Shown: positions 8,836-18,388, numbered from the stretch's first letter. The stretch is 55,472 bases of DNA from an uncultured Ruminococcus sp. (GCA_964479595.1 CAYZMU010000005.1:5298-60769), one strand, 5' to 3'. The notes: generated by a model from the sequence alone, not told the origin. A program made the numbers and translations.

Positions 8836-10245
8836 ATGAAGGCTTTCAAACGCGCTTTGGCGCTGGCGGCGGCGGGCGCTCTGGCCATAGGCGTCACTTC
8901 CTGCGGGGAAAACACCGCGAACGCGATGACCATTGACGGGCGCGATGTGCGCGCGGGCATTTATCTTTACTATACCATCAGCGCCTACAGCGACGCGATG
9001 TCCACGTTAAGCGACGGCGGCGAGGAGTTCGAAAACTGCGAGACCACGCAGGACGTCAAGAAGATCATGAAGAAGGCGAACATCGACAACGTCAGCGCGC
9101 AGGAGTGGATTCAGAATAAGGCGGTTGAGTACTGCGCGAACTATGTTGAGATTGAGCGCGAGTATGAGGAGCTGGGCTTTGAGCTGACGCAGGACGAGCA
9201 GAAGCAGATTGAGGCGAACGCGGCGGCGAGTCTGGAAACTTTCGGAGATTTCTTCAAGAAAACCGGAATCGGCCAGCAGTCGCTGGAGGACATCATGGCG
9301 TCTTCCTACAAGCAGGAGGCCATCTGGGAATACTACTACGGCGAGGACGGCGAGAAGGACATCAAGGACGAGGAACTCTACGACCACTACGCGGAGAATC
9401 ACCTCAGAATCAAGTACATCGAGATGCCGCTCAAGGACGGCGAGGGCAATCTGCTCAAGGCGGACGGCAAGGAAGAGATCAAGGAGATGGCGGAGGATTA
9501 CCTTACGCGTCTGGACCGCAAGAAGGGCAATGAGGCGGATCTGATGGAGGAGTTTGACTTCCTGATTGACGAGCACAGCGCCTATGTGACTTCTCTGTCC
9601 AACGCCGCGGTGACCACAACCGACGCGAGCGGCAACACCGTCACCACGCCGACTACCGCGAAAATCACGACGGACGAAAACGGCGAGACGGGCACAACCG
9701 AGACCACGACACAGGAGACGACAGAAGTCACCGGCGGCACGACGCAAACCACCGGGACCGAAACGACGACGACCGAGACGACCACCACCACGAACGCGCT
9801 GGGCTACGACACCGCCAAAGAGCGGATTTTAGCGGTCAGCACGACGGGAACGCCCGAGGCGGAGGGTGCCGCGGAAACCACAACCACCGAGCCCACCTAC
9901 ACCCCCTGCGAAAAAGTCTACAACTGGGCGGCGGACGACGACACCGAACTGTTAAAACCCGAGCTGATTGAGGACGACGAGTGCTATTACATTGTGATTA
10001 AGATGGATATTGAGGACCGCATGACCGACGACGACCTGTGGAGCGATTCCGCGAAGGAATCCGTGCGCAGCGAGCTTTATAATCAGGAATTTCTCGACAG
10101 CATCAACGACGCGGCCTCCAAACTCGCGGTCGAGCGCAACGAGAAGGCGTTCCGGCGATATAAAGTTTTGGACGTCGACGTGGTGGAATACCAGAATCTG
10201 CTCTACCAGAGCTATTCGAATATGTACGGCGGCTACGGAGGCTGA
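8836..10245 (+). CDS. lipoprotein, SurA-N/PrsA-like foldase-type protein without an obvious parvulin domain
   Basis: AAGGAGGA RBS before ATG 8836. Lipobox LAIGVTSC. The N-terminus MTIDGRDVRAGIYLYYT resembles the SurA N-terminal domain of PrsA-like lipoproteins. Internal Thr/Glu-rich linker. Confidence 0.55.
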   Translation: MKAFKRALALAAAGALAIGVTSCGENTANAMTIDGRDVRAGIYLYYTISAYSDAMSTLSDGGEEFENCETTQDVKKIMKKANIDNVSAQEWIQNKAVEYCANYVEIEREYEELGFELTQDEQKQIEANAAASLETFGDFFKKTGIGQQSLEDIMASSYKQEAIWEYYYGEDGEKDIKDEELYDHYAENHLRIKYIEMPLKDGEGNLLKADGKEEIKEMAEDYLTRLDRKKGNEADLMEEFDFLIDEHSAYVTSLSNAAVTTTDASGNTVTTPTTAKITTDENGETGTTETTTQETTEVTGGTTQTTGTETTTTETTTTTNALGYDTAKERILAVSTTGTPEAEGAAETTTTEPTYTPCEKVYNWAADDDTELLKPELIEDDECYYIVIKMDIEDRMTDDDLWSDSAKESVRSELYNQEFLDSINDAASKLAVERNEKAFRRYKVLDVDVVEYQNLLYQSYSNMYGGYGG

Positions 10246-10264
10246 ATGACCGGATAATACGGGA

Positions 10265-10294
10265 GGGGAGCGAAGCAATTGCGCTCCCCCGTTT
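10265..10294 (+). terminator. hairpin, weak intrinsic terminator
   Basis: GGGGAGCG (10265-10272), 9 nt loop, CGCTCCCC (10282-10289), followed only by cGTTTgg. Confidence 0.4.
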
Positions 10295-10314
10295 GGCGAA
10301 AAGGAGGATTTTGA

Positions 10315-10986
10315 ATGGAACAGCAGGCAGTTTCCCCGGCGCGGGAACATCTCTACGCGCGGCTGGAACGTACGGTAAAAGCGCTGCGGGAGAACCGCAT
10401 GGAGGCGCAGTGGGTCAAAACAAAGGAGGAGGCGCTGGCGGTCTGTAAGGAAACGCTGACACCCGGCGCCACTGTCGCGGCGGGCGGTTCCGTGACGCTC
10501 GCGGAGTGCGGCGTGATGGATTTGCTGCGCGGCGGGGATTATCATTTTCTGGACCGCGAGGCGGTGGCGCCTGAGGAAATCCCCGCGCTCTACCGCAAGG
10601 CTTTCTCGGCGGATTTCTTCCTGATGAGCAGCAACGCCGTCACGGAACAGGGCGAGCTCTATAACGTGGACGGCAACGGAAACCGCGTCGCCGCGCTGAT
10701 TTACGGGCCGAAAAAGGTCATTGTCATCGCGGGCGAGAACAAGCTCTGCGCGGACATTCCCGAGGCGGTGCGGCGTGTCAAGCGTATCGCGGCGCCGGTA
10801 AACGCCATGCGTCTCAAGCAGGAAACGCCCTGTGCCTCGTGCGGCGTCTGCGCGGGCATCAAAGGCGACTTGGCGGCGGGATGCCGCTCACAGCAGCGCA
10901 TCTGCTGTTCCTACGTCGTCAGCGGCTATCAGCGCGTGGCGGACAGAATCAAGGTCATTCTGGTCGCGGAGCCGCTGGGCTTCTGA
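10315..10986 (+). CDS. LUD-domain (lactate utilization LutC/YkgG-like) protein with Cys-rich C-terminus
   Basis: 223 aa. GGSVTLAECGV and SSNAVTEQGELYNVDGNGNRV are typical of the LUD/DUF162 family. C-terminal CASCGVCAGIKGDLAAGC...CC. AAGGAGGA RBS. Confidence 0.7.
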   Translation: MEQQAVSPAREHLYARLERTVKALRENRMEAQWVKTKEEALAVCKETLTPGATVAAGGSVTLAECGVMDLLRGGDYHFLDREAVAPEEIPALYRKAFSADFFLMSSNAVTEQGELYNVDGNGNRVAALIYGPKKVIVIAGENKLCADIPEAVRRVKRIAAPVNAMRLKQETPCASCGVCAGIKGDLAAGCRSQQRICCSYVVSGYQRVADRIKVILVAEPLGF

Positions 10987-10994
10987 GCGCTGTC

Positions 10995-11837
10995 ATGAGA
11001 GAAATTTCAGCGGACGATATCGCGCGGGCGGTCTGCGAACTCTGTGTGGAGGCCAATCACATTCTGCCGGAATCTCTGGAGGAAAAGGTGCGCGGCGGCG
11101 CGGCGCGGGAGCGTTCCGAGGCCGCCAAAAGCGTTTTTGAGGACCTCTGCGCGAATCTGGACGCCGCGCGCGAAACGCCGCTGCCGATTTGTCAGGACAC
11201 CGGAATGGCGGTGGTCTTTGTGACGATGGGGCAGGACGTCCGCGTCACCGGCGGCGGGCTGAAGGACGCCGTCAACCGGGGCGTGCGCGAGGGGTATCTT
11301 TCGGGATATCTGCGCTGTTCCGTCGTTTCCGACCCTTTGGAGCGCGTCAATACCGGCGACAACACCCCCGCCGTGATTCATTTTGACATCGTGGAGGGGG
11401 ATTCGTTTCGTCTGGATGTCTGCCCCAAGGGCTTTGGCAGCGAGAACATGAGCGCGCTTCGGATGATGACGCCGGCGGCGGGCGAGGACGAAATCGCGGC
11501 GTTTGTGGAGGAGACCGTGAAAAAGGCGGGGAGCAATCCCTGTCCGCCGATGGTCATCGGCGTGGGAATCGGGGGGGATTTTGAGCTCTGCGCGCTGCTC
11601 GCCAAACGCGCGCTGTGCCGTGATATTTCCCGGCGCAATGAGATTCCGCGCTACCGCGCGCTCGAACAGAGAATGCTTGACACGGTCAACGCGCTCGGCA
11701 TCGGACCCATGGGCTACGGCGGCGCGCAGACGGCGCTGGCGGTCAACATCGAGACCGCCCCCACGCATATCGCGGGGCTGCCCGTCGCGGTGAATATCGG
11801 CTGCCATGTGACGCGCCACGCCTCCCGCGAACTCTGA
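10995..11837 (+). CDS. Fe-S type hydro-lyase (class I fumarate/tartrate dehydratase) alpha subunit
   Basis: MREISADDIARAV...PICQDTGMAVVF...NTPAVIHFDIV...PKGFGSENMS...CPPMVIGVGIGG matches the fumarate hydratase N-terminal (alpha) domain. ATG 10995 chosen; the ORF-track start 10839 overlaps the previous gene. Confidence 0.8.
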   Translation: MREISADDIARAVCELCVEANHILPESLEEKVRGGAARERSEAAKSVFEDLCANLDAARETPLPICQDTGMAVVFVTMGQDVRVTGGGLKDAVNRGVREGYLSGYLRCSVVSDPLERVNTGDNTPAVIHFDIVEGDSFRLDVCPKGFGSENMSALRMMTPAAGEDEIAAFVEETVKKAGSNPCPPMVIGVGIGGDFELCALLAKRALCRDISRRNEIPRYRALEQRMLDTVNALGIGPMGYGGAQTALAVNIETAPTHIAGLPVAVNIGCHVTRHASREL

Positions 11838-11855
11838 GACAAGGAAAGGAAACTG

Positions 11856-13649
11856 TTGGCTATGACGAAAATTCGGGAACGTCTGCACCGGTTTGACAAA
11901 AAGTTTTTCGTTCGCTCGCTGCTGCTGAGCCTCAGCGTCTGTCTGACCTATCTGTTCTTTACCCCCGGGGAGATTTACCTGCGCAACCAGAAGGATTTCA
12001 TCGTCTCCGCGCGCCATATTTTGCTGCCCATGCTCTTGTCGGCGCTCGCGGTCACTGCCGCGGCGATGCTGCTGCTGTATCTCGCGGAGTTCATTCACCC
12101 GGAGGTTCACGACATCTGCGCGGATCTGGCGCTCGGGGTGCTGCTGGCGTCCTACGTGCAGGAACTGCTTCTCAACCGCGACCTCGCCGCGCTGACGGGC
12201 AAGGATGTGCTGGACGACTTGTCTAAGAAGGTTCTTGTCGCCGACCTTGTTATCTTTATCGTCATCGCGCTGCTGCCGCTGCTGGGGCATTTTATAAAAA
12301 AGATTCTCCCCAAATGGCGTCTGTTTCAGGGCGACAACGGCGTGGTGGTGCTGTTTCTGAGCGCCGCCGTGATCATCATGCAGGCGGCGGGCTTTACAAG
12401 TTCCGCGGCGAGTTTCGGCTTCAACGCCTATAGGCGCAGAAACGACTTAGGCTTTGCCTACGCGCCGGCCTCCTCGCTCTCCAAGGAGGGGAATGTCATC
12501 GTTTTCCTCGTGGACCGTCTCGACAGTCACTATATGGACGAGGTTCTCAGCACCTACCCGGAGGTTGAGGGCGAACTCGACGGCTTTACGTTCTATCAGA
12601 ACAACATCGCGCACTACACCAGCACGTTTCCTTCCATCACGTCCATGTTCACCAAGGAACCCTACTCCGCGGGGGAGGAATGGATAGACTATTTTTCGCG
12701 CGCGTGGGCGAAGGACAATCTCTGCGGCGCGCTCAAAGACGGCGGCTATCAGGTCAATCTCCTGATGGACAGCCCCAATATTTTCGGCTCTCAGGAGGAA
12801 ATGACGCCGCTTTGCGACAATCAGGATTACTTAAACGATATTACCTATAATTATCTCGGCAGCGGAGGCGTGGTCCGGATTATGACGAAGCTTTCCGCGA
12901 TAAAGCTCTTCCCCTACGCGGCGAAAAAGCTCGTGCTGGCCATCACCCCGCAGGATTTCTCCGTCGCGTTCGTGCGTTTCACCGACCGCGACAAGAGCGC
13001 GTTTATGCCCGCCACGGTCGCCGCCGAATCCGACCTGCGCTTTTACGACCACCTGAAAAACGACCCGCTGCGCGCGGACAACGCAAAGAAAACCTTCTCG
13101 TTTATCCACCTCACGGGCGCGCACGACGCCTACGCGTCGATTGAGAAACTCTACCCCGGCGAGCGCAAGAAAGGCTCGTTTGAGCAGATGGCGACGCTGC
13201 GCGGGGATTTTGAGATTCTCTTCCTCTATTTCGAGCAGATGCGCGCGTGCGGTGTTTTTGACAATTCCACGATTCTCATTCTCGGCGATCACGGACGCGC
13301 CCCCAGAGAAATCGAGATTGACGAGGGGGACCGCCTCACTTCCCCCATTGTGACGGGGCTGCTGATAAAGCCAGCCTACAGCACGGGGCGGCTCCTCTAT
13401 GACGATATATCCGAACTCTCCAACGACTACTTCGCCGCGAGCGTTCTGGAATACGCGGGGCTTGACCGCAGCGCGTACGGAATTTCCTACGAGGACGTCA
13501 TTTCCCGGGGGCAGGTCCGGTCGCGCGACTTCTGCGCGACTTGGTACCGGAGCGTGGGCAGTCTCGATATCATCGCGGACTACCGCGTCACCGGGAACGC
13601 GCGGGATTTCTCAAACTGGGAGATGCTGCCCCGCGAGGGGGAAGAATGA
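11856..13649 (+). CDS. membrane-anchored sulfatase-like transferase (alkaline phosphatase superfamily, LTA-synthase/phosphoglycerol-transferase-like)
   Basis: About 190 aa of N-terminal TM helices, then an extracytoplasmic domain with VIVFLVDRLDSHY, YTSTFPSITSMFT (candidate nucleophile Thr/Ser), HLTGAHDAY and ILGDHG. The start is TTG 11856 or ATG 11862. Confidence 0.7.
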   Translation: MAMTKIRERLHRFDKKFFVRSLLLSLSVCLTYLFFTPGEIYLRNQKDFIVSARHILLPMLLSALAVTAAAMLLLYLAEFIHPEVHDICADLALGVLLASYVQELLLNRDLAALTGKDVLDDLSKKVLVADLVIFIVIALLPLLGHFIKKILPKWRLFQGDNGVVVLFLSAAVIIMQAAGFTSSAASFGFNAYRRRNDLGFAYAPASSLSKEGNVIVFLVDRLDSHYMDEVLSTYPEVEGELDGFTFYQNNIAHYTSTFPSITSMFTKEPYSAGEEWIDYFSRAWAKDNLCGALKDGGYQVNLLMDSPNIFGSQEEMTPLCDNQDYLNDITYNYLGSGGVVRIMTKLSAIKLFPYAAKKLVLAITPQDFSVAFVRFTDRDKSAFMPATVAAESDLRFYDHLKNDPLRADNAKKTFSFIHLTGAHDAYASIEKLYPGERKKGSFEQMATLRGDFEILFLYFEQMRACGVFDNSTILILGDHGRAPREIEIDEGDRLTSPIVTGLLIKPAYSTGRLLYDDISELSNDYFAASVLEYAGLDRSAYGISYEDVISRGQVRSRDFCATWYRSVGSLDIIADYRVTGNARDFSNWEMLPREGEE

Positions 13650-13650
13650 G

Positions 13651-15687
13651 ATGAATGTGATCTACGCCTTCGGGGAACTGCTCGGGAAGCTGATGTGCGT
13701 CATCATCAATCTGGTGCGTGACTACGGGCTGAGCATCATTGTGTTTACATTGCTTACTAAAATCATCCTCTTCCCGTTAAACCTCATCATGCAGCGCAAT
13801 TCCATCAATATGGCGCGGCTTATGCCGGAGGAAAACGCTCTCAAAATCAAGTATGTTGACGATAAGGAGCGACTGGGCGACGAGCGGCTCGCGCTCTACA
13901 AACGCTATCACTACCACCCCATTCTCGGGACCATCCCGCTTTTGGTTCAGATCCCGCTGATTCTGGGGCTTGTCTACGTCATGTATCACCCGCTGTCTTT
14001 CGTGCTGCAGTACGATTCCGCGACGATTGACGCGCTGCGCGACTGGCTTTCTACTATCGCGCAGGGCGACGCGCTGCGCGAGAACAACTATCAGCTCGAG
14101 ATTCTGGCGCGGATTCGCGCGGGGCAGCTGCCCGATTCGCCCGCGCTCGCTTCGGCGGCGGCTGGGATTCAGACGCTGGACATGACCTTTCTGGGGATGG
14201 ATCTGAGTCTGGTGCCGTCGTTTCACGGAAACTACATTCTGCTGCTGATTCCGCTGCTTTCGGGGCTGAGCGCGTGGCTGCTGTGCTTTGTGCAGAACCG
14301 GATCAATATCCTTCAGATTACGGCGAGCACGCTCAACAAGACGGTGACGACCGTGTTCCTCATCGCCTTCTCGACCTATTTCGCGTTTCTCGTTCCCGCG
14401 GGCGTGGGGCTCTACTGGATTTTCGGCAATCTCTTCGCGATTCCCGTGATGTATCTTTTAAATATTGTGATGCCGCCTCAGAAGTACGTGGACTACGATA
14501 TCCTCAAAAAGATGAACGAACAGCGTATCGCCACGGAAAAGGAGCACAAGGTCTATCGCGGTCGGGAAAAGGCGGATGTCAGGAAATTTTACGCCGTGGA
14601 GAATATGAAGCTGATGTTCTACGCCGAGCAGGGCGGCTTTTATAAATATTTTTCCGGCATGATTGATTATATCTGCGAACATTCCGAGGTTGAGATTCAC
14701 TATGTGACGAGCGACCCCAACGACAGGATTTTTCAGGACGAGCGCCGCCAGATTCACCCCTATTATGTCGCCTCGGACCAGTATCTGATCCCGCTTTTCA
14801 TGAAACTGGAGGCGGATATGTGCGTGATGACGACGCCCGATTTGGAGAAATACCACCTCAAGCGCTCGCGGGTGCGCAAGGACGTGGAGTATGTTTTCGC
14901 GTGCCACGGCATGGGCAGTGTGGCGATGACCTACCGCAAGGGGGCGCTGGACTGGTTTGACACGATTTTCTGCCCCGGGCCGGATCAATTCGCGGAGATT
15001 CGCGCCGCCGAGGAGCATTACAATACCCCCAAAAAGCGCCTTGTGGAGGCGGGCTACCCGCTCATTGACGAGATGATCGCCGATTTTGAGTCCCATGAGC
15101 ACCCGCAAAACCCGCGCCCCAAGATTCTTATCGCCCCCTCGTGGCAGCCGGAGAACATCATTGACCTCTGCGCGGAGAAAATGCTTACCATCCTCAAAGA
15201 CGAGCCTTACGACGTGATTCTGCGCCCGCACCCGCAGCAGGTCCGCCACGAGCCCGAAAAATTCGACGCGCTCAAGGAAAAATTCGCGGGACAGGAGAAT
15301 ATCGGAATCCAGACCGATTTCTCCTCCAATTCCCCCGTCATGGAGGCGGATTTGCTCATCACGGACTGGTCGGACATCGCGTGGGAATACGCTTTCGTGA
15401 CGAAGCGCCCGGTGCTTTTCGTGGACACGCCGATGAAGGTCATGAACCCCGAATACACCGAACTGCCGACTACGCCCATCAACATTGCCCTGCGCGACAT
15501 TATCGGGAGGCGGATAAGCCCGGACAGCATGGACGCGCTGACGGGAGAAATCGCGCAAATGCTGCGCGATCGCGACACCTACCGCGAAACGATTGAGAAA
15601 ACCCGCTCCGAGCGCGTCTACAATCTCGGCAAGAGCGCGCTGCTGTGCGGACGCTATATTATCCGCGCGCTCGACCACAAGATCTGA
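13651..15687 (+). CDS. fusion protein: YidC/Oxa1-type membrane insertase (N) + CDP-glycerol glycerophosphotransferase TagB/TagF-like domain (C)
   Basis: ATG 13651 lies 1 nt after the stop of the previous gene. N-terminal half: YGLSIIVFTLLTKIILFPL, ARLMPEENALKIKY, YKRYHYHPILGTIPLLVQIPLILGLVYV, GVGLYWIFGNLFAIPVMY. C-terminal half: IHYVTSDPND, IAPSWQPENI, ILRPHPQ, LLITDWSDIAWEYAFVTKRPVLFVD. The frame is continuous over 678 aa. Confidence 0.7.
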   Translation: MNVIYAFGELLGKLMCVIINLVRDYGLSIIVFTLLTKIILFPLNLIMQRNSINMARLMPEENALKIKYVDDKERLGDERLALYKRYHYHPILGTIPLLVQIPLILGLVYVMYHPLSFVLQYDSATIDALRDWLSTIAQGDALRENNYQLEILARIRAGQLPDSPALASAAAGIQTLDMTFLGMDLSLVPSFHGNYILLLIPLLSGLSAWLLCFVQNRINILQITASTLNKTVTTVFLIAFSTYFAFLVPAGVGLYWIFGNLFAIPVMYLLNIVMPPQKYVDYDILKKMNEQRIATEKEHKVYRGREKADVRKFYAVENMKLMFYAEQGGFYKYFSGMIDYICEHSEVEIHYVTSDPNDRIFQDERRQIHPYYVASDQYLIPLFMKLEADMCVMTTPDLEKYHLKRSRVRKDVEYVFACHGMGSVAMTYRKGALDWFDTIFCPGPDQFAEIRAAEEHYNTPKKRLVEAGYPLIDEMIADFESHEHPQNPRPKILIAPSWQPENIIDLCAEKMLTILKDEPYDVILRPHPQQVRHEPEKFDALKEKFAGQENIGIQTDFSSNSPVMEADLLITDWSDIAWEYAFVTKRPVLFVDTPMKVMNPEYTELPTTPINIALRDIIGRRISPDSMDALTGEIAQMLRDRDTYRETIEKTRSERVYNLGKSALLCGRYIIRALDHKI

Positions 15688-15693
15688 AACTTC

Positions 15694-15724
15694 GCCCCCG
15701 TCCTAAAAAAAACGGGGGCTTTTG
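15694..15724 (+). terminator. intrinsic terminator
   Basis: GCCCCCGT (15694-15701), 10 nt A-rich loop, ACGGGGGC (15712-15719), then TTTT. Confidence 0.7.
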
Positions 15725-15884
15725 AGAGCCAAAGTTCAGGCAAAACACACAAACCAAAGAAGGTTTAACAGCAAATTTTTGTAAATCCCTACAAAATTCC
15801 TGGAAGATGCACAAATTTCGGGGGCCCGCGCTGTATAGTAAACGGGGGTTGTATCACACGCCTGAAACGGGGGAGGAAAGGGCT

Positions 15885-17390
15885 ATGAAACAAACGAGTT
15901 TTCAGCGTGAGATGGAGAAGATTCACTGGTCGGGGAAACGCCGCGCGGAGATTGAGAAGAAGCTGCGCGCACCGGCGGAAAGCGAGGACGAGGACACCGA
16001 CGGAGGATACGCGGTCGCCCCGGAAAAAGCGCCGCACCGGGGCGCGATTGCGTGGGCGGTGCCGGCGGCGTGCGCGCTGGCGCTGGCGGTCGGCGGCGTT
16101 TCGATGTCGGTGGCGTTTTCGCGCTCGCGCGAGCGGACACAGGGCAGCAGCCTGCCCATTGAGGAAGTGCTCCCCGACAGCGGGTCTCTGATTCTGTCGG
16201 GGCAGAGCGATACGCCGCAGAGCCGGGGGCTTTCCGGCCCGCGCGGGTTTGCCAAGTCCGGCGAGACATGGTTTTTCGTGGAGCGGCTTTCTTCTGAAGA
16301 ATCACTTCTGTGCCGCGGCGCGGGGGACGGCGGCAAGCCCGAGCCGCTCTGTGAAAAGGCGGGCTGTCCGCACACGGCGGAATCGGGCTGTCCCGCGTAC
16401 TTTTCGGATTATACCGTCAGCGCGCCCGCCGTTCTGGACGGCTATGTTTATCTGCTTGCCGTGCGCCGCGACGACTGCCGCTACGCGCTTCTTCGCGTTT
16501 CCCCCGAAAGCGGGGAGAGCGAGGAGATTTATACATGGAGCGACACCGCGCTTTCTCCTCAGACCGTCCCCGAGGCGCCGCTTGCGCATAAGGGGATTCT
16601 GTGGTGCTCCGTTCCGGATATGGCGCGGGGGCAGTCAAAGCTGCGCTGGAAGATTCACGGCTTTGACCCCGTGACAGCAAACTGTGTGGAGATTGCCGGT
16701 GGCGAGGCGCTCTATGACGGGGAGCTTTCCATCGCGCGCGACCTTCGCGGCGCGGGGGATTATCTCTATTACTGGCAGGACGGCGCGGAGATGGAAGGCA
16801 TCAACAGCGCGGGGGTCTGCCGCGTCAATCTCCTGACCGGTCAGAACGAGCAGGTTTTATACCGCGCCACGGACGACCCCGAGCTGTCCGATGACTGGAT
16901 TTTGTGCGGCGGCACTATCGTTTACGGCGACAATCTGCGCCGCGAGGACGAGGATACCGCGCCGCAAGGGCAGTGCCGCGCCGCGGATCTGGAAAGTTCA
17001 AACGCGCTGAACCTGCCCCGGGAATGGAATGTCGGACTGCTCTCTCAAAGCGTCCTTACCGATAACGCGCTGATAGCTTACCGCGAGGGCTCGATTCTGG
17101 TCTTTACGCGCGAAAAAGACGGCTACGCGTATCGCGGCGATGTTTTGGTCGGCGGGACTTTCCGCGGCGGGGAGGAGTGTCTGCTCAATCTCTTCGCGCG
17201 TGACGGCATGGTCTATCTGGCGACCGTCAGCGCGAATGATAGAGCGGTTCTGAGTGACGCGCCGTACGGGCTTTCGCTTTCTGGCAGCGGCGAGGCGCGG
17301 CAGGAAGACGGCTGCGCGCTGTTCTCGCTGCCGGAATCGGAGCTTCTGCGCGGCAATTCTGTTGCGGCTTCTACCGAGTTTTCCCCGTAA
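15885..17390 (+). CDS. single-pass membrane protein, anti-sigma-like N-terminus with extracytoplasmic beta-propeller-like (DUF5050-like) domain
   Basis: GGGGGAGGAAAGG RBS before ATG 15885. Short cytoplasmic N-terminus (MKQTSFQREMEKIHWSGKRRAEIEKKL), acidic linker, one TM segment (AIAWAVPAACALALAVGGVSMSV), then about 400 aa with repeated GxxYY/xxIYY-type strands. The function is inferred only. Confidence 0.5.
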   Translation: MKQTSFQREMEKIHWSGKRRAEIEKKLRAPAESEDEDTDGGYAVAPEKAPHRGAIAWAVPAACALALAVGGVSMSVAFSRSRERTQGSSLPIEEVLPDSGSLILSGQSDTPQSRGLSGPRGFAKSGETWFFVERLSSEESLLCRGAGDGGKPEPLCEKAGCPHTAESGCPAYFSDYTVSAPAVLDGYVYLLAVRRDDCRYALLRVSPESGESEEIYTWSDTALSPQTVPEAPLAHKGILWCSVPDMARGQSKLRWKIHGFDPVTANCVEIAGGEALYDGELSIARDLRGAGDYLYYWQDGAEMEGINSAGVCRVNLLTGQNEQVLYRATDDPELSDDWILCGGTIVYGDNLRREDEDTAPQGQCRAADLESSNALNLPREWNVGLLSQSVLTDNALIAYREGSILVFTREKDGYAYRGDVLVGGTFRGGEECLLNLFARDGMVYLATVSANDRAVLSDAPYGLSLSGSGEARQEDGCALFSLPESELLRGNSVAASTEFSP

Positions 17391-17448
17391 AATCGCCCTC
17401 ACGGGGCAGGGGAGTGTTCAAAATTCGTGTCAGACGGGAGGTGTGCGT

Positions 17449-17940
17449 ATGCTCGATTTTGAAGAGGAGAATCTCGCGCTCCACGCGTTCGCGCGCTACG
17501 GCGACATGGCGCTGCGGGAGGCTTTCTGCGTGGTCGGCAACCGCGAGGACGCCGAGGACATCGCGCAGGAAGTGTTCTTCGCGATGCACCGCCATCCTCC
17601 CGAAATCGAAAGCGAGGAGCACCTCAAGGCGTATGTGCTGCGCGCCGTGATAAACCGCGGCCGAAACTACAGACAATCCCGTCTCAGACACCGCCGCGAG
17701 CCGCTCGATGAGACTGCGCGCGCGGATGTGAGCGAGGAGGATTTTGACGGGGATTTCCCCGAGATTCTGAACCTTCTGCCCCGTTCGCAGGCGGCGGTGC
17801 TCTATCTGCACGACTGCGAGGGCTGCACGATTGGGGAAATCGCGCAAATGCTCGGGAAAAAGGAGAACACGGTGGGCTCTCTGCTGCGGCGCGGGCACAA
17901 AAAGCTCAAGGAATCGCTCACGGAGGACCCGGAGGAATAG
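17449..17940 (+). CDS. ECF-type sigma-70 family RNA polymerase sigma factor
   Basis: Region 2 DAEDIAQEVFFAM...YVLRAVINRGRNYRQS. Region 4 LPRSQAAVLYLHDCEGCTIGEIAQMLGKKENTVGSLLRRGHKKLK. GGGAGGTG RBS before ATG 17449. Confidence 0.8.
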   Translation: MLDFEEENLALHAFARYGDMALREAFCVVGNREDAEDIAQEVFFAMHRHPPEIESEEHLKAYVLRAVINRGRNYRQSRLRHRREPLDETARADVSEEDFDGDFPEILNLLPRSQAAVLYLHDCEGCTIGEIAQMLGKKENTVGSLLRRGHKKLKESLTEDPEE

Positions 17941-17946
17941 GAGGCT

Positions 17947-18282
17947 TTGCGCGTGGAAAAGAGAGAGATTGTGATTCGCTTTCGGGTGAACGAGGAGGAG
18001 GCGGGACAGCTCGCCAGGAAAATGGAAAAGGCCGGCTGCCGCACGATGAGCGAATTCATGCGCCGAGAGCTTTTTGCCGAGGGCGCGCTGCGTTCGGACG
18101 AGGAGATAGCGGGGCTTCTGAGTGCCGCGCTGCTGCGCTTTTCGGACGAACTGGACCGCCTTGAGAAGGAGGTGCGCGAGGGAGAGAGCGACACGATGGC
18201 TCTGCTCGCGGATATCGACGCGCTGCGCGGCGAACAGACGCGCCTTCATAACTTGCTTGTCAGGATTTCCGCCTCCGGATAG
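17947..18282 (+). CDS. ribbon-helix-helix protein, MobC-like
   Basis: KREIVIRFRVNEEEAGQLARKMEKAGCRTMSEFMRRELF matches the RHH pattern of MobC/CopG-like proteins, with a coiled-coil-like C-terminus. The start is TTG 17947 or GTG 17953, 8 nt after AGGAGG. Confidence 0.5.
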   Translation: MRVEKREIVIRFRVNEEEAGQLARKMEKAGCRTMSEFMRRELFAEGALRSDEEIAGLLSAALLRFSDELDRLEKEVREGESDTMALLADIDALRGEQTRLHNLLVRISASG

Positions 18283-18388
18283 CTTTACTTTTCACGGAAT
18301 TTTCACACTTTGTTTATAAAACTCACACCATTTGCCGCGCCCGTACGGTTATAATAAAATCGGGATCTTGTGCGTGTGAGGTGAGCAT

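Noticed and set aside
15725-15884. An ECF-type or sigma-A promoter upstream of the 15885 gene (TATAGT at about 15832)
   Set aside because: TATAGT is present, but no acceptable -35 lies at 16-18 nt, and no clear GAAC...CGT-type ECF motif is present. It is too weak to report as a feature.
17947-18282. The MobC-like RHH gene plus the sigma factor as evidence of a conjugative or mobilisable element
   Set aside because: There is no relaxase, integrase, transposase, oriT-like inverted repeat or flanking direct repeat in the surrounding region. It is kept only as a hypothesis inside the ECF-block finding.
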